Assembly: GCF_046105845.1 (NCBI RefSeq)
Contig: NZ_CP151004.1
Origin: Escherichia coli
Lineage (GTDB): Bacteria; Pseudomonadota; Gammaproteobacteria; Enterobacterales; Enterobacteriaceae
DNA length: 64,000 bases
Reading direction: 5' to 3' (one strand)
Shown piece by piece: positions 10,474-19,996 of this stretch (positions are counted from its first letter, which is position 1; each line of letters starts with the position of its first letter). A model generated the notes under the pieces. It was given only the letters and a program-made list of their open reading frames with translations. It was not told the DNA's origin and did no database searches. Position numbers and translations under genes: made by a program.

Positions 10474-11411
10474 TGAGCAGACGTGTTGCTACTATCACCC
10501 TTAATCCGGCTTATGACCTTGTTGGTTTCTGCCCGGAAATTGAACGCGGCGAAGTGAACCTGGTGAAAACCACCGGTCTGCATGCGGCGGGTAAAGGCAT
10601 CAACGTGGCCAAAGTATTAAAAGACCTGGGAATTGATGTCACCGTTGGCGGCTTCCTCGGTAAAGACAATCAGGATGGTTTTCAGCAACTGTTCAGCGAG
10701 CTGGGCATTGCCAACCGTTTCCAGGTTGTACAGGGGCGCACCCGAATTAACGTTAAGCTGACGGAAAAAGACGGCGAAGTGACCGACTTCAACTTCTCGG
10801 GTTTTGAAGTCACCCCCGCCGACTGGGAACGCTTTGTGACTGATTCTCTGAGCTGGCTCGGTCAGTTCGATATGGTCTGTGTCAGCGGAAGCTTACCGTC
10901 AGGCGTCAGCCCGGAAGCGTTCACCGACTGGATGACTCGCCTGCGTAGTCAGTGTCCTTGCATTATCTTTGATAGTAGCCGCGAAGCGTTAGTAGCAGGT
11001 TTGAAAGCGGCACCGTGGCTGGTGAAACCTAACCGCCGCGAGCTGGAAATCTGGGCGGGCCGTAAACTGCCTGAAATGAAAGATGTGATTGAAGCTGCGC
11101 ATGCGCTGCGTGAACAAGGTATCGCGCATGTCGTTATTTCACTGGGTGCCGAAGGCGCGCTTTGGGTTAATGCCTCCGGCGAATGGATCGCCAAACCACC
11201 GTCAGTCGATGTCGTAAGCACCGTTGGCGCAGGGGATTCTATGGTTGGTGGCCTGATTTATGGCTTGCTGATGCGTGAATCCAGTGAACACACACTGCGT
11301 CTGGCGACAGCTGTTGCAGCCCTGGCGGTAAGTCAAAGCAATGTGGGTATTACCGATCGTCCGCAGTTGGCCGCAATGATGGCGCGCGTCGACTTACAAC
11401 CTTTTAACTGA
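10473..11411 (+). CDS. fruK: 1-phosphofructokinase (PfkB family)
   Basis: 312-aa ORF with the PfkB signature (…GAGDSMVGG…). Its ATG overlaps the fruB stop (taATGa). Confidence 0.93.
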   Translation: MSRRVATITLNPAYDLVGFCPEIERGEVNLVKTTGLHAAGKGINVAKVLKDLGIDVTVGGFLGKDNQDGFQQLFSELGIANRFQVVQGRTRINVKLTEKDGEVTDFNFSGFEVTPADWERFVTDSLSWLGQFDMVCVSGSLPSGVSPEAFTDWMTRLRSQCPCIIFDSSREALVAGLKAAPWLVKPNRRELEIWAGRKLPEMKDVIEAAHALREQGIAHVVISLGAEGALWVNASGEWIAKPPSVDVVSTVGAGDSMVGGLIYGLLMRESSEHTLRLATAVAALAVSQSNVGITDRPQLAAMMARVDLQPFN

Positions 11412-11427
11412 CAGCAGGAGAGGCATA

Positions 11428-13119
11428 ATGAAAACGCTGCTGATTATTGACGCTAATCTCGGTCAGGCACGCGCCTATATGGCGAAGACCCTGCTGGGCG
11501 CGGCGGCGCGAAAAGCAAAACTGGAAATCATCGACAATCCGAACGACGCTGAAATGGCGATTGTTCTCGGTGATTCCATCCCGAACGACAGCGCGCTGAA
11601 CGGTAAAAATGTCTGGCTGGGCGATATTTCCCGGGCAGTTGCGCACCCTGAGCTGTTCCTGAGTGAAGCCAAAGGCCATGCGAAACCTTACACTGCGCCG
11701 GTCTCTGCGACAGCACCGGTTGCCGCCAGCGGTCCGAAACGCGTAGTTGCGGTGACTGCTTGCCCGACTGGCGTAGCACACACCTTTATGGCGGCTGAAG
11801 CCATTGAAACCGAAGCGAAAAAACGTGGCTGGTGGGTGAAAGTTGAAACCCGTGGTTCTGTTGGCGCGGGTAATGCAATCACTCCCGAAGAAGTCGCAGC
11901 AGCGGATCTGGTGATTGTGGCGGCAGATATCGAAGTGGATCTGGCGAAATTTGCTGGTAAACCGATGTATCGTACCTCTACCGGTCTGGCGCTGAAGAAA
12001 ACCGCGCAGGAACTGGATAAAGCGGTTGCTGAAGCAACGCCGTATGAACCGGCGGGCAAAACTCAAACAGCGACCACTGAAGGTAAGAAAGAGAGTGCAG
12101 GCGCTTACCGTCACTTGCTGACGGGCGTCTCTTACATGCTGCCGATGGTCGTTGCAGGTGGTCTGTGTATCGCGCTTTCTTTTGCTTTTGGTATCGAAGC
12201 GTTTAAAGAGCCGGGTACGTTGGCTGCGGCGCTGATGCAGATTGGTGGTGGTTCAGCCTTTGCGTTGATGGTGCCGGTACTGGCAGGTTATATTGCCTTT
12301 TCCATTGCCGATCGTCCGGGTCTCACGCCGGGTCTGATTGGCGGTATGCTGGCGGTCAGCACCGGTTCTGGCTTCATTGGCGGTATTATTGCGGGCTTCC
12401 TGGCTGGTTACATTGCGAAGTTAATCAGTACGCAATTGAAACTGCCACAGAGTATGGAGGCGCTGAAACCGATTCTGATCATTCCGCTAATTTCCAGTCT
12501 GGTGGTCGGTCTGGCGATGATCTACCTGATCGGTAAACCGGTTGCTGGCATTCTCGAAGGGTTGACTCACTGGCTGCAGACCATGGGGACTGCGAATGCG
12601 GTTCTGCTGGGGGCGATCCTCGGTGGCATGATGTGTACTGACATGGGCGGTCCGGTAAACAAAGCAGCGTACGCGTTCGGTGTGGGTCTGCTGAGTACTC
12701 AAACCTATGGCCCGATGGCGGCGATTATGGCGGCAGGTATGGTGCCACCGCTGGCAATGGGCCTGGCAACAATGGTGGCGCGTCGCAAATTCGACAAAGC
12801 GCAGCAGGAAGGTGGCAAAGCCGCTCTGGTATTGGGACTGTGCTTCATTTCGGAAGGTGCAATTCCGTTTGCTGCCCGTGATCCGATGCGAGTGCTGCCG
12901 TGCTGTATCGTGGGTGGGGCGCTGACTGGCGCAATCTCAATGGCGATTGGTGCGAAACTGATGGCACCGCACGGTGGTCTGTTTGTTCTGCTGATCCCTG
13001 GCGCGATTACGCCGGTATTGGGTTACCTGGTAGCCATTATTGCCGGTACGCTGGTGGCGGGTTTGGCCTATGCCTTCCTGAAACGTCCGGAAGTGGACGC
13101 AGTAGCGAAAGCAGCGTAA
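11428..13119 (+). CDS. fruA: PTS fructose EIIB'BC permease
   Basis: 563-aa ORF with N-terminal IIB-like domains followed by a polytopic IIC domain. Confidence 0.93.
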   Translation: MKTLLIIDANLGQARAYMAKTLLGAAARKAKLEIIDNPNDAEMAIVLGDSIPNDSALNGKNVWLGDISRAVAHPELFLSEAKGHAKPYTAPVSATAPVAASGPKRVVAVTACPTGVAHTFMAAEAIETEAKKRGWWVKVETRGSVGAGNAITPEEVAAADLVIVAADIEVDLAKFAGKPMYRTSTGLALKKTAQELDKAVAEATPYEPAGKTQTATTEGKKESAGAYRHLLTGVSYMLPMVVAGGLCIALSFAFGIEAFKEPGTLAAALMQIGGGSAFALMVPVLAGYIAFSIADRPGLTPGLIGGMLAVSTGSGFIGGIIAGFLAGYIAKLISTQLKLPQSMEALKPILIIPLISSLVVGLAMIYLIGKPVAGILEGLTHWLQTMGTANAVLLGAILGGMMCTDMGGPVNKAAYAFGVGLLSTQTYGPMAAIMAAGMVPPLAMGLATMVARRKFDKAQQEGGKAALVLGLCFISEGAIPFAARDPMRVLPCCIVGGALTGAISMAIGAKLMAPHGGLFVLLIPGAITPVLGYLVAIIAGTLVAGLAYAFLKRPEVDAVAKAA

Positions 13120-13128
13120 TAAAAGGTG

Positions 13129-13161
13129 TGTTACAGGGCAGAAATTTCCTGCCCTGTAACA
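13129..13161 (+). terminator. Stem-loop immediately downstream of fruA (13-bp stem, no U-tract)
   Basis: tgttacagggcag-aaatttc-ctgccctgtaaca, a perfect 13-bp stem starting 10 nt after the fruA stop; followed by only ttt. Confidence 0.5.
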
Positions 13162-13274
13162 TTTGATGAGCGCAAAGGGAATGACCGGTTTGTGAATGTA
13201 ATTTTATGAATTTAAATGGTTTTATCTTTTAGTAGAAACCTGAAACTTTCATCAAACACTAAGGTTATTTCCTC

Positions 13275-13306
13275 AAGGGCAGATTAATTTCTGCCCTTTT
13301 TTATTG
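13275..13306 (+). terminator. Canonical intrinsic terminator downstream of fruA
   Basis: aagggcag-attaattt-ctgccctt followed by ttttttattgtt. The stem core (agggcag/ctgccct) is shared with the hairpin at 13129-13161. Confidence 0.75.
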
Positions 13307-13440
13307 TTCCTGTTCTGTGCATCCCGTCACAAATTCCCCGTTTTTGTAATTCAGGCATTTAATCGCGTTTTGTGAGCCTGCTCAAATCTGCCCATTTTGC
13401 CTCTCTGGCGGTAATTTACTTTACGTAAAACATGCATACT

Positions 13441-13476
13441 ATGAGCACATGTTTAAATATGAACACATGTTTAAAC
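13441..13476. repeat. Tandem 18-bp direct repeat upstream of psuK
   Basis: atgagcacatgtttaaat | atgaacacatgtttaaac: two adjacent 18-mers with 2 mismatches, each containing the palindromes acatgt and tttaaa, ~70-100 bp upstream of the psuK ATG. Confidence 0.7.
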
Positions 13477-13542
13477 CGTCTTTGCAGTATCAATATTCTT
13501 GTGGATTGACAGGGTTGGTAATTTTTTACCAGAGGACGTGCT

Positions 13543-14484
13543 ATGCGCGAAAAGGATTATGTCGTAATTATAGGTTCGGCGAATATTGATGTCGCCGGAT
13601 ATTCACATGAATCATTAAATTATGCGGATTCAAATCCAGGTAAAATAAAATTTACGCCTGGTGGAGTCGGGCGCAATATTGCACAAAACCTGGCGTTGCT
13701 GGGGAATAAATCCTGGCTACTGAGCGCAGTAGGCAGTGATTTTTATGGTCAATCGTTGCTAACGCAAACCAATCAATCTGGTGTTTATGTCGATAAATGC
13801 CTGATTGTGCCGGGAGAAAACACGTCGAGCTATTTATCATTACTCGATAATACCGGTGAAATGCTGGTTGCTATAAATGACATGAATATTAGCAACGCTA
13901 TTACAGCTGAATATCTCGCACAGCACCGTGAATTTATTCAAAGGGCAAAGGTCATTGTCGCGGACTGTAATATCAGTGAAGAGGCACTGGCATGGATTCT
14001 GGATAATGCCGCCAATGTACCTGTATTTGTCGATCCGGTTTCGGCATGGAAATGTGTCAAAGTGCGCGACCGTCTAAATCAGATCCACACCCTGAAGCCA
14101 AACCGCCTTGAAGCGGAAACCCTGAGTGGGATTGCTTTGTCAGGGCGTGAAGATGTGGCAAAAGTTGCTGCCTGGTTCCATCAACATGGCCTGAACCGAC
14201 TGGTATTGAGCATGGGCGGCGATGGCGTTTATTACAGCGATATCAGCGGTGAAAGTGGCTGGTCTGCGCCGATCAAAACCAATGTTATTAATGTTACCGG
14301 AGCGGGCGATGCCATGATGGCTGGACTTGCTTCGTGTTGGGTAGACGGAATGCCGTTTGCCGAATCTGTTCGTTTCGCACAGGGATGTTCGTCAATGGCG
14401 CTCTCCTGTGAATACACCAATAACCCCGATTTATCGATTGCCAACGTTATATCTTTAGTGGAGAACGCAGAATGTCTGAATTAA
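13543..14484 (+). CDS. psuK: Pseudouridine kinase (PfkB family)
   Basis: 313-aa ORF with ribokinase-like motifs (…GGVGRNIAQNLALLG…, …GAGDAMMAG…). SD gagga at 13532-13536. Confidence 0.88.
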   Translation: MREKDYVVIIGSANIDVAGYSHESLNYADSNPGKIKFTPGGVGRNIAQNLALLGNKSWLLSAVGSDFYGQSLLTQTNQSGVYVDKCLIVPGENTSSYLSLLDNTGEMLVAINDMNISNAITAEYLAQHREFIQRAKVIVADCNISEEALAWILDNAANVPVFVDPVSAWKCVKVRDRLNQIHTLKPNRLEAETLSGIALSGREDVAKVAAWFHQHGLNRLVLSMGGDGVYYSDISGESGWSAPIKTNVINVTGAGDAMMAGLASCWVDGMPFAESVRFAQGCSSMALSCEYTNNPDLSIANVISLVENAECLN

Positions 14485-15410
14485 AAATTTCCCCTGAATT
14501 ATTACAAATTTCCCCGGAAGTGCAGGACGCTTTAAAAAACAAAAAACCGGTTGTGGCGCTGGAATCGACCATTATTTCTCACGGGATGCCGTTCCCACAA
14601 AATGCCCAGACCGCAATTGAAGTTGAAGAAACTATTCGTAAACAGGGCGCTGTACCTGCCACTATCGCCATTATTGGCGGCGTGATGAAAGTGGGTTTAA
14701 GCAAAGAAGAAATTGAATTGCTGGGTCGTGAAGGGCATAACGTGACCAAAGTTAGTCGTCGCGATTTACCTTTTGTTGTTGCCGCCGGAAAAAATGGCGC
14801 AACCACCGTTGCTTCAACGATGATTATTGCGGCGCTTGCCGGAATTAAAGTATTTGCCACCGGGGGAATTGGTGGTGTGCATCGCGGGGCGGAACATACC
14901 TTCGATATTTCTGCCGATTTGCAAGAACTGGCGCACACCAATGTCACCGTCGTTTGTGCCGGGGCGAAATCTATTCTCGATTTAGGCTTAACTACCGAAT
15001 ATTTAGAAACTTTCGGTGTACCGCTAATTGGCTATCAGACCAAAGCGCTGCCTGCGTTTTTCTGCCGCACCAGCCCGTTTGAAGTCAGTATTCGCCTTGA
15101 TAGTGCCACGGAAATTGCTCGTGCAATGGCAGTGAAATGGCAAAGCGGTCTGAACGGTGGCCTGGTGGTGGCAAATCCGATCCCGGAACAGTTTGCGATG
15201 CCGGAGGAATCTATCAATGCAGCCATAGATCAAGCCGTCGCCGAAGCCGAAGAGCAGGGCGTTATTGGTAAAGAAAGCACACCGTTCCTGCTGGCTCGTG
15301 TTGCTGAACTGACTGGCGGTGACAGCCTGAAATCCAACATCCAACTGGTGTTCAACAACGCCATTCTGGCGAGCGAAATTGCCAAAGAATATCAGCGTCT
15401 CGCGGGTTAA
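14472..15410 (+). CDS. psuG: Pseudouridine-5'-phosphate glycosidase
   Basis: 312-aa ORF of the IndA-like glycosidase family; overlaps the psuK 3' end by 13 bp. Confidence 0.88.
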   Translation: MSELKISPELLQISPEVQDALKNKKPVVALESTIISHGMPFPQNAQTAIEVEETIRKQGAVPATIAIIGGVMKVGLSKEEIELLGREGHNVTKVSRRDLPFVVAAGKNGATTVASTMIIAALAGIKVFATGGIGGVHRGAEHTFDISADLQELAHTNVTVVCAGAKSILDLGLTTEYLETFGVPLIGYQTKALPAFFCRTSPFEVSIRLDSATEIARAMAVKWQSGLNGGLVVANPIPEQFAMPEESINAAIDQAVAEAEEQGVIGKESTPFLLARVAELTGGDSLKSNIQLVFNNAILASEIAKEYQRLAG

Positions 15411-15437
15411 TTTCTGACGGGCAGAAAGCCGTCGCCC
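15411..15437 (+). promoter_or_regulatory. Conserved 27-nt leader motif upstream of psuT (copy 1)
   Basis: tttctgacgggcagaaagccgtcgccc begins immediately after the psuG stop; 26/27 identical to 18639-18665 upstream of nupX. Confidence 0.5.
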
Positions 15438-15503
15438 GTACTCATCAAGCATACCAAAACCTGGCGCTGACGCCGGGTTTACTGGCATGAAGGGAAAATC
15501 ATT

Positions 15504-16754
15504 ATGGATATAATGAGAAGTGTTGTGGGGATGGTGGTGCTACTGGCAATAGCATTTCTGTTGTCAGTGAATAAAAAGGGCATCAGTTTGCGCACGGTTG
15601 GAGCCGCACTGCTGCTGCAAATCGCTATTGGTGGCATCATGCTCTACTTCCCACCGGGAAAATGGGCAGTAGAACAGGCGGCATTAGGCGTTCATAAAGT
15701 GATGTCTTACAGTGATGCCGGTAGCGCCTTTATTTTTGGTTCATTGGTCGGGCCGAAAATGGATGTCCTGTTTGATGGCGCGGGCTTTATCTTCGCCTTT
15801 CGCGTACTCCCGGCGATTATCTTCGTCACTGCGCTCATCAGTCTGCTGTACTACATTGGCGTGATGGGGCTGCTAATCCGCATTCTTGGCAGTATTTTTC
15901 AGAAAGCTCTCAACATCAGCAAAATCGAATCTTTTGTTGCGGTTACCACTATTTTCCTCGGGCAAAATGAGATCCCGGCGATTGTAAAACCGTTTATCGA
16001 TCGCATGAATCGCAACGAGCTGTTTACCGCAATTTGTAGCGGGATGGCGTCCATTGCGGGTTCGATGATGATTGGTTATGCCGGAATGGGCGTACCAATT
16101 GACTACCTGTTAGCGGCATCGCTGATGGCGATCCCTGGTGGTATCTTGTTTGCACGTATTCTTAGTCCGGCAACCGAGCCTTCGCAGGTCACATTTGAAA
16201 ATCTGTCGTTCAGCGAAACGCCGCCAAAAAGCTTTATCGAAGCAGCGGCGAGCGGTGCGATGACCGGGTTGAAAATCGCCGCTGGTGTGGCGACGGTGGT
16301 AATGGCGTTTGTCGCAATTATTGCGCTGATCAACGGTATTATCGGCGGAATTGGCGGCTGGTTTGGTTTTGCCAATGCTTCTCTGGAAAGTATTTTTGGC
16401 TATGTGCTGGCACCGCTGGCGTGGATCATGGGTGTGGACTGGAGTGATGCCAACCTGGCGGGTAGCCTGATTGGGCAGAAACTGGCGATTAACGAATTCG
16501 TCGCTTACCTGAGCTTCTCCCCATACCTGCAAACGGGCGGCACGCTGGAAGTGAAAACCATTGCGATTATCTCCTTTGCGCTTTGTGGTTTTGCTAACTT
16601 TGGTTCTATCGGTGTTGTCGTTGGCGCATTTTCGGCTATTTCGCCAAAACGCGCACCGGAAATCGCCCAGCTTGGTTTACGGGCGCTGGCAGCAGCAACG
16701 CTTTCCAACCTGATGAGCGCGACCATTGCCGGGTTCTTTATTGGTTTAGCTTGA
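15504..16754 (+). CDS. psuT: NupC-family (CNT) nucleoside transporter
   Basis: 416-aa polytopic membrane ORF; close paralog of the ORF at 18691-19941. Confidence 0.88.
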   Translation: MDIMRSVVGMVVLLAIAFLLSVNKKGISLRTVGAALLLQIAIGGIMLYFPPGKWAVEQAALGVHKVMSYSDAGSAFIFGSLVGPKMDVLFDGAGFIFAFRVLPAIIFVTALISLLYYIGVMGLLIRILGSIFQKALNISKIESFVAVTTIFLGQNEIPAIVKPFIDRMNRNELFTAICSGMASIAGSMMIGYAGMGVPIDYLLAASLMAIPGGILFARILSPATEPSQVTFENLSFSETPPKSFIEAAASGAMTGLKIAAGVATVVMAFVAIIALINGIIGGIGGWFGFANASLESIFGYVLAPLAWIMGVDWSDANLAGSLIGQKLAINEFVAYLSFSPYLQTGGTLEVKTIAIISFALCGFANFGSIGVVVGAFSAISPKRAPEIAQLGLRALAAATLSNLMSATIAGFFIGLA

Positions 16755-16759
16755 GTTTC

Positions 16760-16800
16760 ATTGCCGGATGTACGCGCTTATTTAGCGTCACATCCGGCAA
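16760..16800. repeat. REP-like palindromic element between convergent psuT and yeiL
   Basis: gccggatgtacgcgcttatttagcgtcacatccggc, an inverted repeat with REP-type GCCGGATG arms. Confidence 0.65.
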
Positions 16801-16821
16801 TCGCTCTATTGCAAATAATTT

Positions 16822-17481
16822 TTACTGCATCATCCCTGAGAATTTATTTTCCGGGTCCATCTCCAGTGCCAGTCCTGACAACTGCTTTCTGTTTTTAATT
16901 AGATACCCTTTCTTGCTTTTAATTAATAAACCGTCGTGAATGAGTTGAGCGAGAACATATAAAAGATGTCGATAAGAAACGCCTAAATACTCTGCCGCTT
17001 GCGTATGCTTTTCGTGATAAAGATCACCTTCTTGTGAGAGTAATATAAAAGCTGCCAGGCGATTCACTAACGGAAATGATTGATTCTGAGTTAAAGAAAC
17101 AATATTGCGATAATTTTTATGGCTTAAACTAACGCAGAGTTTTCGTAAAAATAGTGTGTCGTTTAATAACAGCGGACGGTAATGTTTCATAGGGAGCGCA
17201 AGGCACCAACACTCTTCAATAGCCTGTACCGCACGCGGTTCATGGTCTTTATCGATTAACTCAATCTCACCAATAAAACAGGGGGCGGCAAAGAAATCGA
17301 TCAGCGACACGCGACCATTAGCAAGCGTGGCGTAAAGCCTGGCGCGGCCTCGCGTCAGGTAAAACAGCCAGGACGGCTGTTGCCCTTCCTGCACTATGTA
17401 GTCACGCGCTAAAAAATGAAACAGCCGCGTATCGGCTGAAACATCCGTTGAAAAGCAATCCTTAAACGCGGATTCACTCAT
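16822..17481 (-). CDS. yeiL: CRP/FNR-family transcriptional regulator
   Basis: 219 aa from ATG 17481 (GTG at 17520 would give 232 aa). cNMP-binding-like domain plus C-terminal HTH (…[14 protein letters not shown]…). Confidence 0.85.
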   Translation of the reverse strand: MSESAFKDCFSTDVSADTRLFHFLARDYIVQEGQQPSWLFYLTRGRARLYATLANGRVSLIDFFAAPCFIGEIELIDKDHEPRAVQAIEECWCLALPMKHYRPLLLNDTLFLRKLCVSLSHKNYRNIVSLTQNQSFPLVNRLAAFILLSQEGDLYHEKHTQAAEYLGVSYRHLLYVLAQLIHDGLLIKSKKGYLIKNRKQLSGLALEMDPENKFSGMMQ

Positions 17482-17649
17482 CAATTGCTGCTTAAGATCA
17501 TTATTGTGGATTTCTTTCACGATGTTTATCCGCTATGAGATTTCTCATATTTAGCATACTTACGCTGTTGTTAAGATTCAATCATCGGCCCGGTCGAATT
17601 TTCTTTGCTGTAGAAAAAATAACGCAACTGGAAACAGAGGAAATAAACA

Positions 17650-18591
17650 ATGGAAAAGAGAAAAATTATTCTGGATTGTGATCCGGGTCATGATGATGCT
17701 ATTGCTATAATGATGGCGGCGAAACATCCGGCAATAGATTTATTAGGCATCACCATTGTGGCGGGTAATCAGACGCTTGATAAAACATTAATTAATGGGC
17801 TGAATGTTTGCCAGAAACTGGAGATTAATGTTCCGGTTTATGCGGGGATGCCACAGCCCATTATGCGTCAACAAATCGTTGCCGATAATATTCACGGTGA
17901 AACCGGACTTGATGGCCCGGTATTCGAGCCGCTGACCCGCCAGGCAGAAAGCACTCATGCGGTGAAATATATCATCGATACCCTGATGGCAAGCGATGGC
18001 GATATCACTCTGGTGCCGGTTGGTCCGCTTTCAAATATCGCGGTGGCAATGCGCATGCAGCCCGCAATCCTGCCGAAAATCCGTGAAATTGTGCTAATGG
18101 GCGGCGCTTACGGTACTGGCAACTTTACGCCATCCGCCGAGTTCAACATCTTTGCTGACCCGGAAGCCGCACGCGTGGTGTTCACCTCCGGCGTTCCGTT
18201 GGTGATGATGGGCCTCGATCTCACCAACCAGACTGTTTGCACCCCGGACGTGATTGCTCGGATGGAAAGGGTAGGCGGCCCCGCCGGAGAGCTGTTCAGC
18301 GACATCATGAATTTCACTCTAAAAACGCAGTTCAAAAACTACGGCCTGGCTGGCGGCCCGGTGCATGACGCCACCTGCATCGGTTATCTGATTAACCCTG
18401 ATGGCATTAAAACCCAGGAGATGTACGTCGAAGTGGATGTTAACAGTGGCCCTTGCTATGGGCGTACCGTCTGCGACGAGCTGGGCGTTCTTGGCAAGCC
18501 CGCTAATACCAAAGTCGGCATCACTATTGATACCAACTGGTTCTGGGGATTAGTCGAAGAGTGCGTGCGCGGCTACATCAAAACCCATTAA
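17650..18591 (+). CDS. rihB: Pyrimidine-specific ribonucleoside hydrolase
   Basis: 313-aa ORF with the nucleoside hydrolase N-terminal Asp cluster (…[17 protein letters not shown]…). Confidence 0.92.
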   Translation: MEKRKIILDCDPGHDDAIAIMMAAKHPAIDLLGITIVAGNQTLDKTLINGLNVCQKLEINVPVYAGMPQPIMRQQIVADNIHGETGLDGPVFEPLTRQAESTHAVKYIIDTLMASDGDITLVPVGPLSNIAVAMRMQPAILPKIREIVLMGGAYGTGNFTPSAEFNIFADPEAARVVFTSGVPLVMMGLDLTNQTVCTPDVIARMERVGGPAGELFSDIMNFTLKTQFKNYGLAGGPVHDATCIGYLINPDGIKTQEMYVEVDVNSGPCYGRTVCDELGVLGKPANTKVGITIDTNWFWGLVEECVRGYIKTH

Positions 18592-18638
18592 GTGTTGATA
18601 ACAAGCCGGGTCAGTATCGCAAGATGCAGGCCCGGCTA

Positions 18639-18665
18639 TTTCTGATGGGCAGAAAGCCGTCGCCC
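18639..18665 (+). promoter_or_regulatory. Conserved 27-nt leader motif upstream of nupX (copy 2)
   Basis: tttctgatgggcagaaagccgtcgccc, preceded by a hairpin (agccggg…cccggct, 18604-18637) downstream of rihB. Confidence 0.5.
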
Positions 18666-18690
18666 AATATGACATGAAGAGATAATAACT

Positions 18691-19941
18691 ATGGATGTCA
18701 TGAGAAGTGTTCTGGGAATGGTGGTATTACTGGCAATTGCATTTTTACTGTCAGTAAACAAGAAGAAGATCAGCCTGCGTACTGTCGGTGCGGCGCTGGT
18801 ATTACAGGTCGTGATTGGCGGGATTATGCTTTGGTTACCGCCAGGGCGTTGGGTCGCAGAAAAAGTCGCTTTTGGCGTCCATAAAGTGATGGCGTACAGC
18901 GATGCAGGTAGCGCTTTTATCTTCGGTTCGCTGGTCGGGCCGAAAATGGACACCTTATTTGATGGCGCAGGATTTATCTTTGGCTTCAGGGTATTACCGG
19001 CAATTATCTTCGTTACAGCACTGGTGAGTATTCTCTACTACATCGGTGTGATGGGGATCTTAATTCGCATTCTCGGCGGTATATTCCAGAAAGCATTGAA
19101 TATCAGCAAGATTGAGTCATTCGTCGCGGTCACTACCATTTTCCTCGGGCAAAACGAAATTCCGGCAATCGTCAAACCCTTTATCGATCGTCTGAATCGC
19201 AATGAATTATTTACAGCGATTTGTAGCGGGATGGCCTCGATTGCTGGTTCGACAATGATTGGTTACGCCGCACTGGGCGTGCCTGTGGAATATCTGCTGG
19301 CGGCATCGTTAATGGCGATCCCCGGCGGGATCTTGTTTGCCCGCCTGTTAAGCCCGGCTACGGAATCTTCGCAGGTTTCCTTTAATAACCTCTCTTTCAC
19401 CGAAACACCGCCAAAAAGCATTATTGAAGCCGCCGCTACAGGGGCAATGACCGGACTGAAAATCGCAGCAGGTGTGGCGACAGTAGTGATGGCATTTGTC
19501 GCCATCATTGCGTTAATTAACGGTATTATCGGCGGCGTTGGCGGCTGGTTTGGTTTTGAACATGCCTCGCTGGAGTCCATTTTAGGTTACCTGCTGGCCC
19601 CGCTGGCGTGGGTGATGGGGGTTGACTGGAGTGATGCGAATCTTGCCGGGAGTTTGATTGGACAGAAACTGGCGATTAATGAATTTGTCGCTTACCTCAA
19701 TTTCTCACCTTATCTGCAAACAGCTGGCACTCTGGATGCTAAAACCGTGGCGATTATTTCCTTCGCGTTGTGCGGTTTCGCTAACTTTGGTTCTATCGGG
19801 GTGGTGGTGGGGGCGTTTTCTGCGGTTGCGCCACACCGTGCGCCGGAAATCGCCCAGCTTGGTTTACGCGCGCTGGCGGCGGCGACACTTTCTAACCTGA
19901 TGAGTGCCACCATTGCAGGATTCTTTATTGGCTTAGCGTAG
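18691..19941 (+). CDS. nupX: NupC-family nucleoside permease
   Basis: 416-aa ORF, largely colinear and highly similar to psuT (MDVMRSVLGMVVLLAIAFLLSVNKK… vs MDIMRSVVGMVVLLAIAFLLSVNKK…). Confidence 0.88.
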   Translation: MDVMRSVLGMVVLLAIAFLLSVNKKKISLRTVGAALVLQVVIGGIMLWLPPGRWVAEKVAFGVHKVMAYSDAGSAFIFGSLVGPKMDTLFDGAGFIFGFRVLPAIIFVTALVSILYYIGVMGILIRILGGIFQKALNISKIESFVAVTTIFLGQNEIPAIVKPFIDRLNRNELFTAICSGMASIAGSTMIGYAALGVPVEYLLAASLMAIPGGILFARLLSPATESSQVSFNNLSFTETPPKSIIEAAATGAMTGLKIAAGVATVVMAFVAIIALINGIIGGVGGWFGFEHASLESILGYLLAPLAWVMGVDWSDANLAGSLIGQKLAINEFVAYLNFSPYLQTAGTLDAKTVAIISFALCGFANFGSIGVVVGAFSAVAPHRAPEIAQLGLRALAAATLSNLMSATIAGFFIGLA

Positions 19942-19949
19942 TGCGCGAT

Positions 19950-19992
19950 TTATGAGCCGGATAAGACGCGGTCAAGCGTCGAATCCGGCAAC
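19950..19992. repeat. REP element between convergent nupX and yeiI
   Basis: gagccggataagacgcggtcaagcgtcgaatccggcaa, REP-type palindrome (CCGGATAAG…CGTC…ATCCGG). Confidence 0.7.
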
Positions 19993-19996
19993 ATTG

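Noticed and set aside
11404-12114. 236-aa reverse-strand ORF inside fruK/fruA
   Set aside because: Antisense to strongly supported PTS genes; Arg/Cys/Phe-rich, no domain-like features.
16751-16939. 62-aa forward ORF spanning the psuT–yeiL REP element
   Set aside because: It starts inside the REP palindrome and runs antisense into the yeiL 3' end; an artefact of the repeat.
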